The notes below the pieces were generated by a model, which saw nothing but the letters and a program-made list of their open reading frames with translations, was not told where the DNA came from and did no database searches. From Octopus vulgaris (Eukaryota), in contig OX597816.1 in assembly GCA_951406725.2 (NCBI GenBank), forward strand, positions 28,644,001 through 28,708,000: DNA of 64,000 nucleotides, written 5' to 3'. The position numbers and the translations under genes are program-made. This document shows positions 26,950 to 39,453 of the stretch, one piece after another. The stretch's first letter is position 1; every line of letters begins with the position of its first letter.

Positions 26950-28300
26950 ATGTTATATTATTAGGTCATATTTCTGTCATCGTATTTTAAGAGTGTTAAC
27001 GTGTGTGTCTATACATGCATGTAGAGAATATACGGTGTGATTTCCGCTTTTAAATATAAATTATCTCATGTAAAATGTTGACTGTGTTGATTACGGCTCT
27101 ATTTCAAACTATGAGTAGATTTCTCTTACCAGGTTTGTTGTGCTTATACTGTTATTTTTAAGGTTAACTATTATTTTTTCTATGACTTTACTTTACAAAC
27201 TCTAATCATTTAATTTCTACTATTCGCATTTCGAAGTTTCTGCTTTCTCACAGTTTATCAAAATATATCCAGTCAATATTTTGCCTACAAACGATTGGAA
27301 TATTTATTTGATCACGGAGCTTTATTTCAGTCCTTGATAATTATACCAAACGGTCTTCCTTAATCTACTTTTCGTTCTAGACAAGCATCTTGTGATAATC
27401 GCTAATCTGATTGTTCCTTATTGATACAATTTCTTCTAAGAAGCCTAATTTTAATAATGATGTCAGATGTTGTCACTTACTGGACTAGGACGAGTCCAGT
27501 ATTTTTCTCCTTTATCTTCGATTACTAGACTTTTACACACTTGTTTCCTCGAAGAGAAAAACATTTTTAGATGTTCCATGTTCATTAATCAAGTTTCAGA
27601 TTATTCACAAATAAATGTTCTATTGATCGCTTTCATATTTGTAATCCATTTGTTGCTTTAAACGAGTTTATAATTTTTATCATATATTCCTTTTATTTTC
27701 TTCTTGTCTGTATGCGGAGTATAGATACAATATCGATATTAGTTTTGAGGTGCAACATTGAAACCGTTGTTAATAGTTTCATAGTTGTATTTTTCTGTCA
27801 AGTTTTTAAATAACTTTAAAGTTCAAGTTTTTGTAATAACACTTTAGTGTAGAACAAGCAAACTTGTTGCATGCAAATCTGCAACCTCATTTCTGACTTG
27901 GATTTAAATACTATTCTAAATCTTCTGCAGGACACGTTTCTAATTTTCTTTTATTTCTCTGCTGGTATGTTTTAGCTTTTCGTGCTTTCCAAGGATATTT
28001 TGGAAATTCTGGCATAACTTTTGGTAGGATCTCAATGTTTGGATCAAATTGATTATTGTATTTTAGATACTTACATTCACTTTATGGTAGCTTTAGAATA
28101 TTCATCATGTCACATATTAACTTCTGTATCTTGGCATATTTTATCAAAATCCAAGTATTATTTCGTCTTGTGAATAGATTTGAATTGTCAATATTGGTTG
28201 GCGGTCTTTTAGTTTGCAATTGTAAAATTTGTTAGCTTGGTTCAGCAGAAATGCTAATGGGATCAGAGCTAGAGAAAATAGAAGAGATAAGATATTTTGG
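26950..28300 (-). mobile_element. Highly degraded non-LTR RT region
   Basis: T-rich plus strand; minus-strand remnants DKGEKYWTRPSPV (KG..NWRPISL-like) and IIIKD*NKA.DQIN (D..KAFD-like) in the expected order. Confidence 0.45.
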
Positions 28301-28874
28301 ATGAATTATCTTAATATGGACACAGGTTGGTTTTATTTGCTGAGTGTCTCTTTTTACATTTTAAGAATGTATCGCTGTTCTACTGTATTAGTATTGTAGC
28401 TGCTATATTTATTGGGATTAACTGCAGTAACAATATATGTGTTCTATTATGAAATATATTTCCGTTATTCGAAGTAAAAGACGTCGTTAGTATGATGATT
28501 AGAATAAACGTATGCTAATTTGGTACGCTAATTTTATATAGATTATCTGAAATAATCTATCACATCCAGATTTCACCAAATATTATCCGTGTGATTTTCA
28601 GCAATGTGAACCTGTATATACAATAAAGTTGTAAAAGCTGAATTTCAAATTTGAAGTAAATTCGACCATAGCATCCTTCCCGTGTTCAATATTAAAGGTT
28701 ATGGTTGGACAGTAAAACAATTGCATGAGTTGCAGAATAAACACAGTAACAGACAGTATAGTTACAGCTCAGCCCGCTAGGCAATATGTTAGCCCACTTT
28801 ACATTTGGCTTGTAATTTGTTTATATAATGTATATCTTTGTATTTTCGATATTAGAATTTTTTTATTTCATTAA

Positions 28875-29282
28875 GGAGTGGCTGTGTGGTAAGTAGCTTG
28901 CTTACCAACCACATGGTTCCGGGTTCAGTCACACTGCGTGGCATCTTGAGCAAGTGTCTTCTGCTATAGCCCCGGGCCGACGAATGCCTTGTGAGTGTAT
29001 TTGGTAGACGGAAACTGAAAGAAGACTGTCGTGTATATGTATATATATATATATATGTATGTGTATGTGAGTGTATATATTTGTGTGTCTGTGTTTGTCT
29101 CCCTAGCATTGCTTGGCAACCGATGCTGGTGTGTTTACGTCCCCGTCACTTAGCGGTTCGGCAAAAAGAGACCGATAGAATAAGTACTGGGCCTACAAAG
29201 AATAAGTCCTGGGGTCGATTTGCTCGACTAAAGGCGGTGCTCCAGCATGGCCGCAGTCAAATGATTGAAACAAAGTAAAAGA

Positions 29283-29290
<8 letters not shown>
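28875..29290 (+). mobile_element. tRNA-derived SINE, family B, full length
   Basis: A-box TGGCTGTGTGG, B-box-like GGTTCAGTC, cttgagcaagtgtctt core and 3' tail gtaaaagagtaagag. Confidence 0.9.
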
Positions 29291-29322
<32 letters not shown>

Positions 29323-30950
29323 GAGAGTTTTAAACATCAGTGTTTAAATGATCATATGTTTTTTCTATTCATGCGCGCCCCTGCCATCTCGAAATCATTA
29401 GATAATATACAACAGTACAATTGGCTACAATCTTTTCTGATGTTGTAAATTAGGACACCAGAAAGAAAGTTGTGTATACTGTAAATATTGAATGCAATGG
29501 AGACGACAGCTTGGCTGTTTGAAAATAGGTAGTCCACATCATTTTCATTCTATAAGTTAGTATTACCATAATGAATAATACATTTTAGCTTAACGAAGTT
29601 AGAAATGTGAGTATTCAAAGAAAAGTTTCTCAAAAGTCAAATATGCAGACTCTCAACTAGACTTGAAACCAATTCCGCATTCTGAAAAGATACATTCATA
29701 GTAACCTTTATATCGATCCAAACGTCTATTAAATCAATATCTAAATGACAGTGAGAACGATTATTACTGACAAAGGAACAGTACAAATTACTTAGTTGTG
29801 CACTACAGAAACCATGATATCACCTATAGCTTAACAAATGTTTATAATATCTCAATCCACGTTTGAATTATTGCGACTTACTCAAAAGAAAAGTAGATTT
29901 TCGATTCAAGTATTTCTATGACCTGAAGAAACAGATAAACTGTAACTGTGACCCAAACTCTTTGAAGTTTTTCATCGATTCAGGTAAGATGACGTATTGT
30001 ACAATGGCAGCAATAAGAGTTTAGTATATGTAAAGCATGGAAGGAAAACATGGAATGCTAGCCGAATCTGTAAACATTTATCATGAATTAATAATATATT
30101 CTATTAGACGCAATTTAATATGAGATTATTTATGTATAACCATGAGAAAAGCTTTCACAATTTATAAAATGAATTCGGTGATTGTTTGGTAAATGCGAAG
30201 TTAGTGGAAAGGATTTTTACTGGCATAAATATGCCGCAGATTATCAGCGATTTGCCGTTTTCGTTGAAACTGAATAAACGGATTTCTCGCTTGAATTACT
30301 TTTATAAGCGATACTAAAAGCTTCCTTTGAAACTACAGAGTTTAAATGTACCGTAAATTTGTGAATGACCAGCTGAATTGAAATGAAAGAAAATGTTTCA
30401 GAAAGGCATCCAAAACTCATTTTCTGCGTTCATATAGAAAATTTCTATACGAATAAACTTGGCGGAATAATTGAACGCCACGATCTAGGTTATCCTTAAT
30501 AGATATCGGTCACAGAAATCAAATATCTGAGCTATTCGACCACATATTTTAATGTATTTGATTTTGATACATAGAACAAAACCGTTGTCAATCTTAATGA
30601 ACAATGCATCTGTGTCTTTCAAAGTAGTTATGAAATACTATAAAGCATGAATTCTCAAAAATATTTCCAAGTAATTTCGGGGGATACCAAGAAACTCTTC
30701 GGTGGACTGGCGGAGCAGATAAGGAGTTGAATTGAATGTGTGGTGGTAGCTTATCTGACTCTTAGTTATGACACTGGAACATATCTGTTTGGCAATTAAC
30801 ATTACTTTGCATAACATTTTATATTTTAGAAGAGGATACTTGCCTTCCTGAAGCAACTGTTAGCCTTTTAGATGAGAAACTTTGCTACGTCTGTTCATAT
30901 GAGAGAGGATAGTCAACCATGACAGAAGCGGTACTTTCGTTCTTTTTTTA

Positions 30951-30991
<41 letters not shown>

Positions 30992-31807
30992 TATAAGTAA
31001 ATCATGCAGAAGACTAGGATATTTTATGGTAATTAGTATTTACCAAAGTATCCAAAGAATATTAGATAAACGAAAATTTTGTCCAAGAGGTATACAAATC
31101 CATAGCATTTGATATATTCTCTGTCTCACTCAAGAGCAACATTAACAACCGAATTTATTATATTGTGGCATACATCTATAAAGAAAATATGTGAAGTATG
31201 ACCACTTCGAAACTTATATGATCTGAAGAACTACAAAGAAACTCGCCCTGTAGCATTGTTACGCCATTGCTAAGAAAGGCTGAGAAATATGCGTAAAGCA
31301 TAGCATCTAATTTTCTTGGCCAACCATGTATAATCATTTCGTTCTTCAGACATGTCAAGAATTTTAGAATTGAGACGCTCTAATGGCAAATTCGTAAAAG
31401 AATGTTATTGTTATATTGTTTCAAATTGCAACCTAAGACAATCCCACGAATGGTTTCAGTCAGCGCACCAGACAAGTGTAATAACTCTAACTCCAATTTC
31501 TGGAGGATCATGTGTCAAACGTCAGAAATCATATTGACAAACAATATATATTCGCTTATTTTAGCTGCTTTTCGTGATGCTACTTTTAATTTCTGCTGGT
31601 TTGAAGAATTTTCTATCTTGCTGTACGTATTGCATTTGAGAGGGTTAACTGTAATGTAAGGTAAATACCACGAGGATATCCCAACGAAACTGACCCAAAA
31701 TATTCATAACCACTATTTAAAACATTCGATGATATACTGTATATGAGTTCCTGAAGTAATCCACAAACGAATGAATGAGTTACGTTTAGTTGAAATAATA
31801 CATATTT

Positions 31808-31934
<127 letters not shown>

Positions 31935-31952
31935 ATACATATATATACATAT

Positions 31953-32108
31953 CTCCTTGTTTCTTTTCTGTTTATCCTTCTGTTGAAGAGCGTAGGCTTG
32001 AAACGTAAAAGACTTGTTTTATTTATATTCCTGAGCGCCATACTAATACAATTGTTTGTTTGTATTCCACCTGCCTTCGTATTTTGTTTATTTTCATAAA
32101 GCGTCCCG

Positions 32109-32110
<2 letters not shown>
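31953..32110 (+). mobile_element. Short non-autonomous PLE-type element with HHR-like motif (CUGUUGA core)
   Basis: ccuu CUGUUGA(31980-31986) a GAGC guag GCUU GAAAC GUA aaag; flanked on both sides by (TA)n. Confidence 0.7.
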
Positions 32111-32180
<70 letters not shown>

Positions 32181-32345
32181 ATATACATATATATACAAAA
32201 TAAATATAAGAGAGTGGTCACTATATTGATCACTCTAGCACCAGTTAATCCAAAAGGTTTCAACCACGAAAAATACATGTTTCCCATGAAAGCCAGTACG
32301 ACTGTTAGTTCACACGGACAGGGCAAATAAAAAATAACAAAAATA

Positions 32346-32439
32346 CAGATTATTTTGGGACAATTGTTTCGCTATTAATGAATTAAATGTAATATTACTT
32401 ACAATAATCCATTTGTAGCTCTTCAGCCAAGACTATCTG
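32346..32439 (-). ncRNA. Type I hammerhead ribozyme, array copy 1
   Basis: CAGAUAGUCUUGG CUGAAGA GCUA..AAUGGAUUA...UAAUUCAUU..UAGC GAAAC AAUU GUC CCAAAAUAAUCUG: intact core, 13-position helix I with 2 mismatches, extended helix II, 2-bp helix III with palindromic loop, GUC cleavage between 32359 and 32358. Confidence 0.9.
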
Positions 32440-32879
32440 GATGAAATCCACTCAATCACACGCCAGATTTTACCATAACGATAAATACGCGTGCGGTTCA
32501 ATTGATTACATCGGACGTTATAATTCAAATGCCCCAACCAACAGCGCGCCAAACTCACACGGAAAACAAATACAGCATTTAGAAATAAATGCAGCATAAT
32601 TATAATTAATTAATAAGGGTGAGAGAATTAGATACTAATTTAATAGTATATTTATTCCACACCAAGTGGCCTAGTGCTACGAGAAACCTGGATTATTATA
32701 ATATTTTATAACATATTATAATATTTTCACAAAATAAATATAAGAGAGTGGTCACTATATTGATCACTCTAGCACCAGTTAATCCAAAAGGTTTCAACCA
32801 CGAAAAATACATGTTTCCCATGAAAGCCAGTACGACTGTTAGTTCACACGGACAGGGCAAATAAAAAATAACAAAAATA

Positions 32880-32973
32880 CAGATTATTTTGGGACAATTG
32901 TTTCGCTATTAATGAATTAAATGTAATATTACTTACAATAATCCATTTGTAGCTCTTCAGCCAAGACTATCTG
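32880..32973 (-). ncRNA. Type I hammerhead ribozyme, array copy 2
   Basis: Identical to copy 1. Confidence 0.9.
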
Positions 32974-33413
32974 GATGAAATCCACTCAATCACACGCCAG
33001 ATTTTACCATAACGATAAATACGCGTGCGGTTCAATTGATTACATCGGACGTTATAATTCAAATGCCCCAACCAACAGCGCGCCAAACTCACACGGAAAA
33101 CAAATACAGCATTTAGAAATAAATGCAGCATAATTATAATTAATTAATAAGGGTGAGAGAATTAGATACTAATTTAATAGTATATTTATTCCACACCAAG
33201 TGGCCTAGTGCTACGAGAAACCTGGATTATTATAATATTTTATAACATATTATAATATTTTCACAAAATAAATATAAGAGAGTGGTCACTATATTGATCA
33301 CTCTAGCACCAGTTAATCCAAAAGGTTTCAACCACGAAAAATACATGTTTCCCATGAAAGCCAGTACGACTGTTAGTTCACACGGACAGGGCAAATTAAA
33401 AATAACAAAAATA

Positions 33414-33507
33414 CAGATTATTTTGGGACAATTATTTCGCTATTAATGAATTAAATGTAATATTACTTACAATAATCCATTTGTAGCTCTTCAGCCAAGA
33501 CTATCTG
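33414..33507 (-). ncRNA. Type I hammerhead ribozyme, array copy 3 (helix III C-G changed to U-G)
   Basis: G>A at 33434 gives GAAAU AAUU GUC. Confidence 0.82.
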
Positions 33508-34150
33508 GATGAAATCCACTCAATCACACGCCAGATTTTACCATAACGATAAATACGCGTGCGGTTCAATTGATTACATCGGACGTTATAATACAAATGC
33601 CCCAACCAACAGCGCGCCAAACTCACACGGAAAACAAATACAGCATTTAGAAATAAATGCAGCATAATTATAATTAATTAATAAGGGTGAGAGAATTAGA
33701 TACTAATTTAATAGTATATTTATTCCACACCAAGTGGCCTAGTGCTACGAGAAACCTGGATTATTATAATATTTTATAACATATTATAATATTTTCACAA
33801 AATAAATATAAGAGAGTGGTCACTATATTGATCACTCTAGCACCAGTTAATCCAAAAGGTTTCAACCACGAAAAATACATGTTTCCCATGAAAGCCAGTA
33901 CGACTGTTAGTTCACACGGACAGGGCAAATAAAAAATAACAAAAATACAGATTAGTATCTAATTCTCTCACCCTTATTAATTAATTATAATTATGCTGCA
34001 TTTATTTCTAAATGCTGTATTTGTTTTCCGTGTGAGTTTGGCGCGCTGTTGGTTGGGGCATTTGAATTATAACGTCCGATGTAATCAATTGAACCGCACG
34101 CGTATTTATCGTTATGGTAAAATCTGGCGTGTGATTGAGTGGATTTCATC

Positions 34151-34244
34151 CAGATAGTCTTGGCTGAAGAGCTACAAATGGATTATTGTAAGTAATATTA
34201 CATTTAATTCATTAATAGCGAAACAATTGTCCCAAAATAATCTG
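34151..34244 (+). ncRNA. Type I hammerhead ribozyme, inverted array copy
   Basis: cagatagtcttgg CTGAAGA(34164-34170) gcta...tagc GAAA(34220-34223) c aatt GTC ccaaaataatctg; predicted cleavage after 34231. Confidence 0.9.
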
Positions 34245-34552
34245 TATTTTTGTTATTTTTTATTTGCCCTGTCCGTGTGAACTAACAGTCGTACTGGCTT
34301 TCATGGGAAACATGTATTTTTCGTGGTTGAAACCTTTTGGATTAACTGGTGCTAGAGTGATCAATATAGTGACCACTCTCTTATATTTATTTTGTGAAAA
34401 TATTATAATATGTTATAAAATATTATAATAATCCAGGTTTCTCGTAGCACTAGGCCACTTGGTGTGGAATAAATATACTATTAAATTAGTATCTAATTCT
34501 CTCACCCTTATTAATTAATTACATATATATACATATACATATATATATATAC

Positions 34553-34639
<87 letters not shown>

Positions 34640-35932
34640 GATATATACACATACATATATATAATGAGGGTGAGTGAGAATAAAACTGCCAAAGGTGAGA
34701 AAGAGAGTATACATACAATATATATAACTTTAAATAAATTGTGTCTTAGAAGTTAAATGAGGTTGAATGATAAATGTATGTAAGGTTGATTGTTGCATGC
34801 ATTATACTAGATAATGGGGTGTAAAATGCGCAGTCAGGGCAATTTTATTTGACAATTTGATTTTAAAATGTATTTAACTCATTAAAGGTATTCAATAAAT
34901 TGCCCATATATTGACAAGTAGGCATTTATCTTCGTTCGTCCGTATTTTATCAACTCAGATCTGAATGACGTTCTTTTTTTTCCTTCTGTATTTTAACGGA
35001 TGTGCACCATAGACATTTCCTTGTCTTTAGTTTAGGTTTTATTAAATATCATCTGAGATAAGTGATAACTGTTCAAATTTATTTTCAGGAAAATCTGACA
35101 GCTATCACTTAACTCAATTATATTTTAATGTCGAGGAAACAATCAATAAATCAATAATTGTTTTTCGTTTCTATATTTGAATAGAGACACAATTTCAATA
35201 ATATAAGGAAGGAATTATATTTATGGTTAATAGACATTTCTAAAACAACAACAATAGTGACTGTTATCTCTTACAGGTTTTATGAGACTCATATATCTCA
35301 TTAGCCAACCAATATTGTGTTACAACTAAAAATAGATGCTAAGTTTTGTTGTTCAGTTTAAGAGTAATAAATTTTCTACGCGAAAAGGACGAAATAGTTT
35401 TGATATTTGATATGAAGAAATTGTTATTAAGAAGAATAAGAAAGGGGAAAAGAGTTAGATAAAGAAAGAGGAGGGGGAGAAAGAATAATGGTTTCTAATT
35501 TAAGAACAAGAGAAACAATTTTAAGGGGAGGAGAATGGTCGATTACATAAAACAGTTTCTTTCTTTTATGCGCCACATTGCGAATAAGGGTAAAGTTGAT
35601 ATCGGTGACATTTGAACTCAGACTATGAAGAACTGGAAGAAATACAACATGGAATGTTTGTGACGATCTGAAAATTATGTCAATATACTACTCTCATCTG
35701 TACCTTCGAATTTTGGTAGAAAACCAGCAATCTTGTTGCAAGTAGTTCTTAGATTAAATCGAATGCAATACCTTAACATTTTTATTACTTTAATGAGTGG
35801 AAGACTGAATAACAAAAAACACTCACTGGGAGTTCAAATCAGAATATAAAAATCAGAAAGAAATAACGGTAGGCATTTTTCTTTAATGGGTTAACGAATC
35901 TGATACTCCTTTGCTGTTAGACTTTCTAATAT

Positions 35933-36316
35933 GGAAGCACTCCGTCGGTTACGACGACGAGGGTTCTGGTTGATCCGAATCAACGGAGCAGCCTGCTCGT
36001 GAAATTAACGTGTGAGTGGCTGAGCACTCCACAGACACGTGTACCCTTAACGTAGTTCTCGGGGATATTCAGCGTGACACAGAGAGTGACAAGGCCGGTC
36101 CTTTGAAATACAGGTACAACAGAAACAGGAAGTAAGAGTGAGAGAAAGTTGTGGTGAAAGAATACAGCAGGGATCACCACCATCCCCTTCCGGAGTCTCG
36201 TGGAGCTTTAGGTGTTTTTGCTCAATAAACACTCACGACGCCCGGTCTGGGAATCGAAACCGCGATCCTATGATCGCGAGTCCACTACCCTAACCACTGG
36301 GCCATTGTGCCTCCAC
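35933..36316 (-). mobile_element. tRNA-derived SINE, family D, full length
   Basis: Minus-strand head gtggaggcacaaTGGCCCAGTGGttagggtagtggactcgcgatcatagg atcgcGGTTTCGATTCCcagaccggg with A and B boxes. Confidence 0.88.
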
Positions 36317-37051
36317 AATATAGGCATAAGATACCGAATTTAACTCCAGGAAGATTATCTACCACTCAATTCCTCATCCATTAAATGGTAGTTTTCATTT
36401 ATTTTCCAAGCGTATTTAAAATTGGCAATTGGTTTGTCTCTAAGGCCAATGTAGCTTTCCATTTCTCCTGAGGCCAATAAACTATTCGCATATATATAAT
36501 CGGTGTTTCTCTTCCCCCTAATGTGAAACATTCTATCAATGTTGGAAACAGTTAGTTTCTTCTTCTTCTTTTTCTTGTTGTTGTTGTTCTTCTTCTTTTT
36601 CTTCTTCTTCTTCTTCCATTGTTATTAATATGATGCGATTACAGTTCTAATCTTATCCAGGCACAACATTTACAATAATGGAAAACTAACAATTATTTTA
36701 CAGAAGCACCGTACAATAGGATTATATAGGATGGACACGGATCAGTGAAGCATTCATCCGTTCAATGCCTGCACATTGCTGCTTTGTAGGGGCTGCTTGA
36801 AAAGATGGCACCGTGTACCGGACGAGTCCATTGAGAATTTTGGTCGTCGCCTTCCTAAGGACAAAGAGAGCTATAGTAATAGAGAATGTACCGATAACGA
36901 GCTTGAAAATACGAAGAAGACTTTCGCTTCATAGGTTTGTAAGTCCCAGTTAGAGGGGATGGCAGAGTGGAAACAGTAGTGCTTGGATGCTGCTTTTGTC
37001 GGGTGAATAGATCTATCATTATACGTCTTTAAGTGAGGGAAAGAATGCGAA

Positions 37052-37690
37052 TCATCATCATCATTGTTCGACCGTGGTCGAGACAATGGAATTTACCATG
37101 CTACGCCAGACTTCACGGTCCATCATGGCATTATGGAGGTCCTGTTGCTGGATGCCTGTATCCCTGGAGATTACATCATGGTAGGAGAGTGTGCGCCCTC
37201 TGGTATTGCGAGTAGATGGCTTCCAGAGGAGAAGAGTAGAAATTACCTCTTTTTCAGCTCTACAACAATGTCTAGCAAACTGGACTCTCTTACCTTTCAC
37301 AAGAGATGACACAGGTGGTAGTTTCCCATATATTTGCATTTTGGTTGGATGGCGCTTCCACGAGAGATTTCGAGCTCTCATAAGGAGGCAAGTGTAGGTT
37401 CCATCCAACCGCCTCTCAAGCTTCTTTGATAACGTCCAGGTTTCTGAGCCATATAGTAGAATTGGTTCGACTGTGGCTTTGAAGATTTCAAGTTTGAAGT
37501 CTCTACTTAGATTTGATGAACAGATCTGGTGCATGTCATTACAGGCTGACCAGGCCATACCCTTTCTAGTTAGAAAGTCTTTTCCAGATGATGATATGTA
37601 TGACCCAAGATATTTGTAATCAGAGACCATATTTAAGGGCACATTGTTGAGAGTATGGATGATGCAATCACTGTTGGACAGGCACTTGTT
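37052..37690 (-). mobile_element. RTE-clade LINE, 5'-truncated 3' end
   Basis: ORF 37061..37642: DYKYLGSYI...IFKATVEPILLYGSETWTL...RRLDGTY...NLSW...MMDREVWR, followed by a (TGA)n tail. Confidence 0.92.
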
Positions 37691-38596
37691 TATGTATTCT
37701 GTCTTGGCGTTGGCGAATAGTAGAGAATGCGAATAGTAGAGAGAGAGAAGGGGAAAAGAGAGATGGACGGAGAGAGACCGTGTGAAGGAAAAAGAGACGG
37801 ACAGAGAGCAAGTGAAAGAACGTGAAAGAAGGGAGAAAAAGGAGACAGAGGGGGAGAGTGTGTGTGAATTGACATTTGCTATTCAGAGTAACCCTGGATT
37901 TTGGGGGCTCTTGAATAAAACTTGGTTGTAATTATACACAAAGATATTGTAGCAATCTATAATATAACTCTCTGATAATAATTCTGATTGTCAGTGCGTC
38001 ACTTAGCCTGTCGGTGATGTTTTCATGTGATTAGAGAAAAAGAGGAAGTAAGAAAAGTGGAAGGGAGGAAAAAACGGAGAAAAAAAGGAGGGAGAGGGAA
38101 AATTCCACGACGTGAGATAGAGGGAGTGTAATTTTAACGCATTCATGTGATTAGTTGAGGGGAAGAAAAGGAGAGAGAAAAGGAGGATAAGGCGAAGAGT
38201 GAAATAGAAAGAGGGAGAAAGAAAAAGAGGGAGTGAGAAGCGTCCATGACATGAGGTAGGGGGAACGTAATATTTATTATATGGTTAAAAATGTTAGTGG
38301 GAGTTTTATTAAAATTTTAGCAGAAGGGTAATGTTCAGATGGTAAGGTTAGAGATTGGCAGAGAGCGAGAGAGAGAGAGAGCGAGAGAGAGAGAGAGAGG
38401 GGGAGATTGAGAGAGGGAGAGATTGAGAGAAAGAGAGAGAGATTGAGAGAGGGAGAGATTGAGAGAGAGAGAGATTGAGAGAGAGAGAGAGATTGAGAGA
38501 GAGAGAGAAGTGGTTTGTCGATACCATCGACAAACTACTTCCCGCCAAAATTTCATTTATTATTCCTCTTGTAGAATCGATTATATTAATTGTAAT

Positions 38597-38800
38597 TAAG
38601 GTGGTGAACTGGCAGAAACGCAAGCATGTCGGGGCAAATGCAGTTACGCATTTTTTGCCCATTTTTGCGTTTTGAGTTGAAAACTCGCCCATGTTTGTTT
38701 CTTTTTTTATCATTACGGGGTCGATAAAATAAGTACCAAGTAAAGATTGGGGTTAGATGTAATCCATTATCTTCCCCCATAATTCCATGACTTGCACTTG
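38597..38800 (+). mobile_element. tRNA-derived SINE, family A, degraded
   Basis: aaggtggtgaactggcagaaacg...gggtcgataaaataagtacca. Confidence 0.75.
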
Positions 38801-39250
38801 TAGTAGAAAGAAATATCGTAATTATATTTGTTGTTTTAGAGCTCGAAAGTTGGTATCGATGCTCTGGTTTTTAGAAAAATAAGTTTTAAATATCTTGTAC
38901 CATTTAGCTAGTAAGCCAACCGTTTCTGCCAAGATGTATTGAGTCATCTATGCGATCTCCAACTCTTCAGTGTTCTGTAGGGATGGGCAGATAAAGTCTG
39001 GATGATGAGTGTGCTTCTAGGCTTCTTCAGAAGTTCTAAGTAGTTAGGAGGGCTAATACATATAATAAACAGTTAGCAATAGGTACAGTGTATTTGTCAT
39101 TATTGAAAAGGGCAGAAAAAGAAAAAAATATAGGAGCAAACATGAGGCTGTGAGAGAAGTACAACTTATTAAAATGAATTGGGTCTAGTTACTACATGTG
39201 TATGTTTTCTTCTAATACTTTCTAACGCTTTGGAATAAATAGACACACTG

Positions 39251-39310
<60 letters not shown>

Positions 39311-39409
39311 ATATATATATATACTATATATACACATATATACATACATTCAGGCAGAGACGCACACACACATATATATATATATACATACTTATATATA
39401 TATATATAT

Positions 39410-39451
<42 letters not shown>

Positions 39452-39453
<2 letters not shown>

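Larger units (their letters stand above)
32195..34521. repeat. 534-bp tandem array (3.3 direct copies) plus inverted 571-bp segment; retrozyme/PLE-type insertion in (TA)n
   Basis: Unit starts at 32195, 32729, 33263 and 33797 (exact 534 period); the direct part ends at 33954; the inverted part is 33951-34521; only 3 substitutions seen, all in copy 3; TA microsatellite on both flanks. Confidence 0.97.

Noticed and set aside
31325-31355. Minus-strand catgt CTGAAGA ac GAAA...acatg
   Set aside because: No helix II and no NUH in register with helix I.
32195-33954. 534 is divisible by 3, suggesting an endless ORF on a circular RNA; also considered as a CRISPR array
   Set aside because: The ORF track shows no long frame through the tandem copies, and there is no repeat-spacer structure.
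38915-38975. Minus-strand CTGAAGA...GAAACGGTT
   Set aside because: Helix I and helix II pair poorly; at best a very old remnant.
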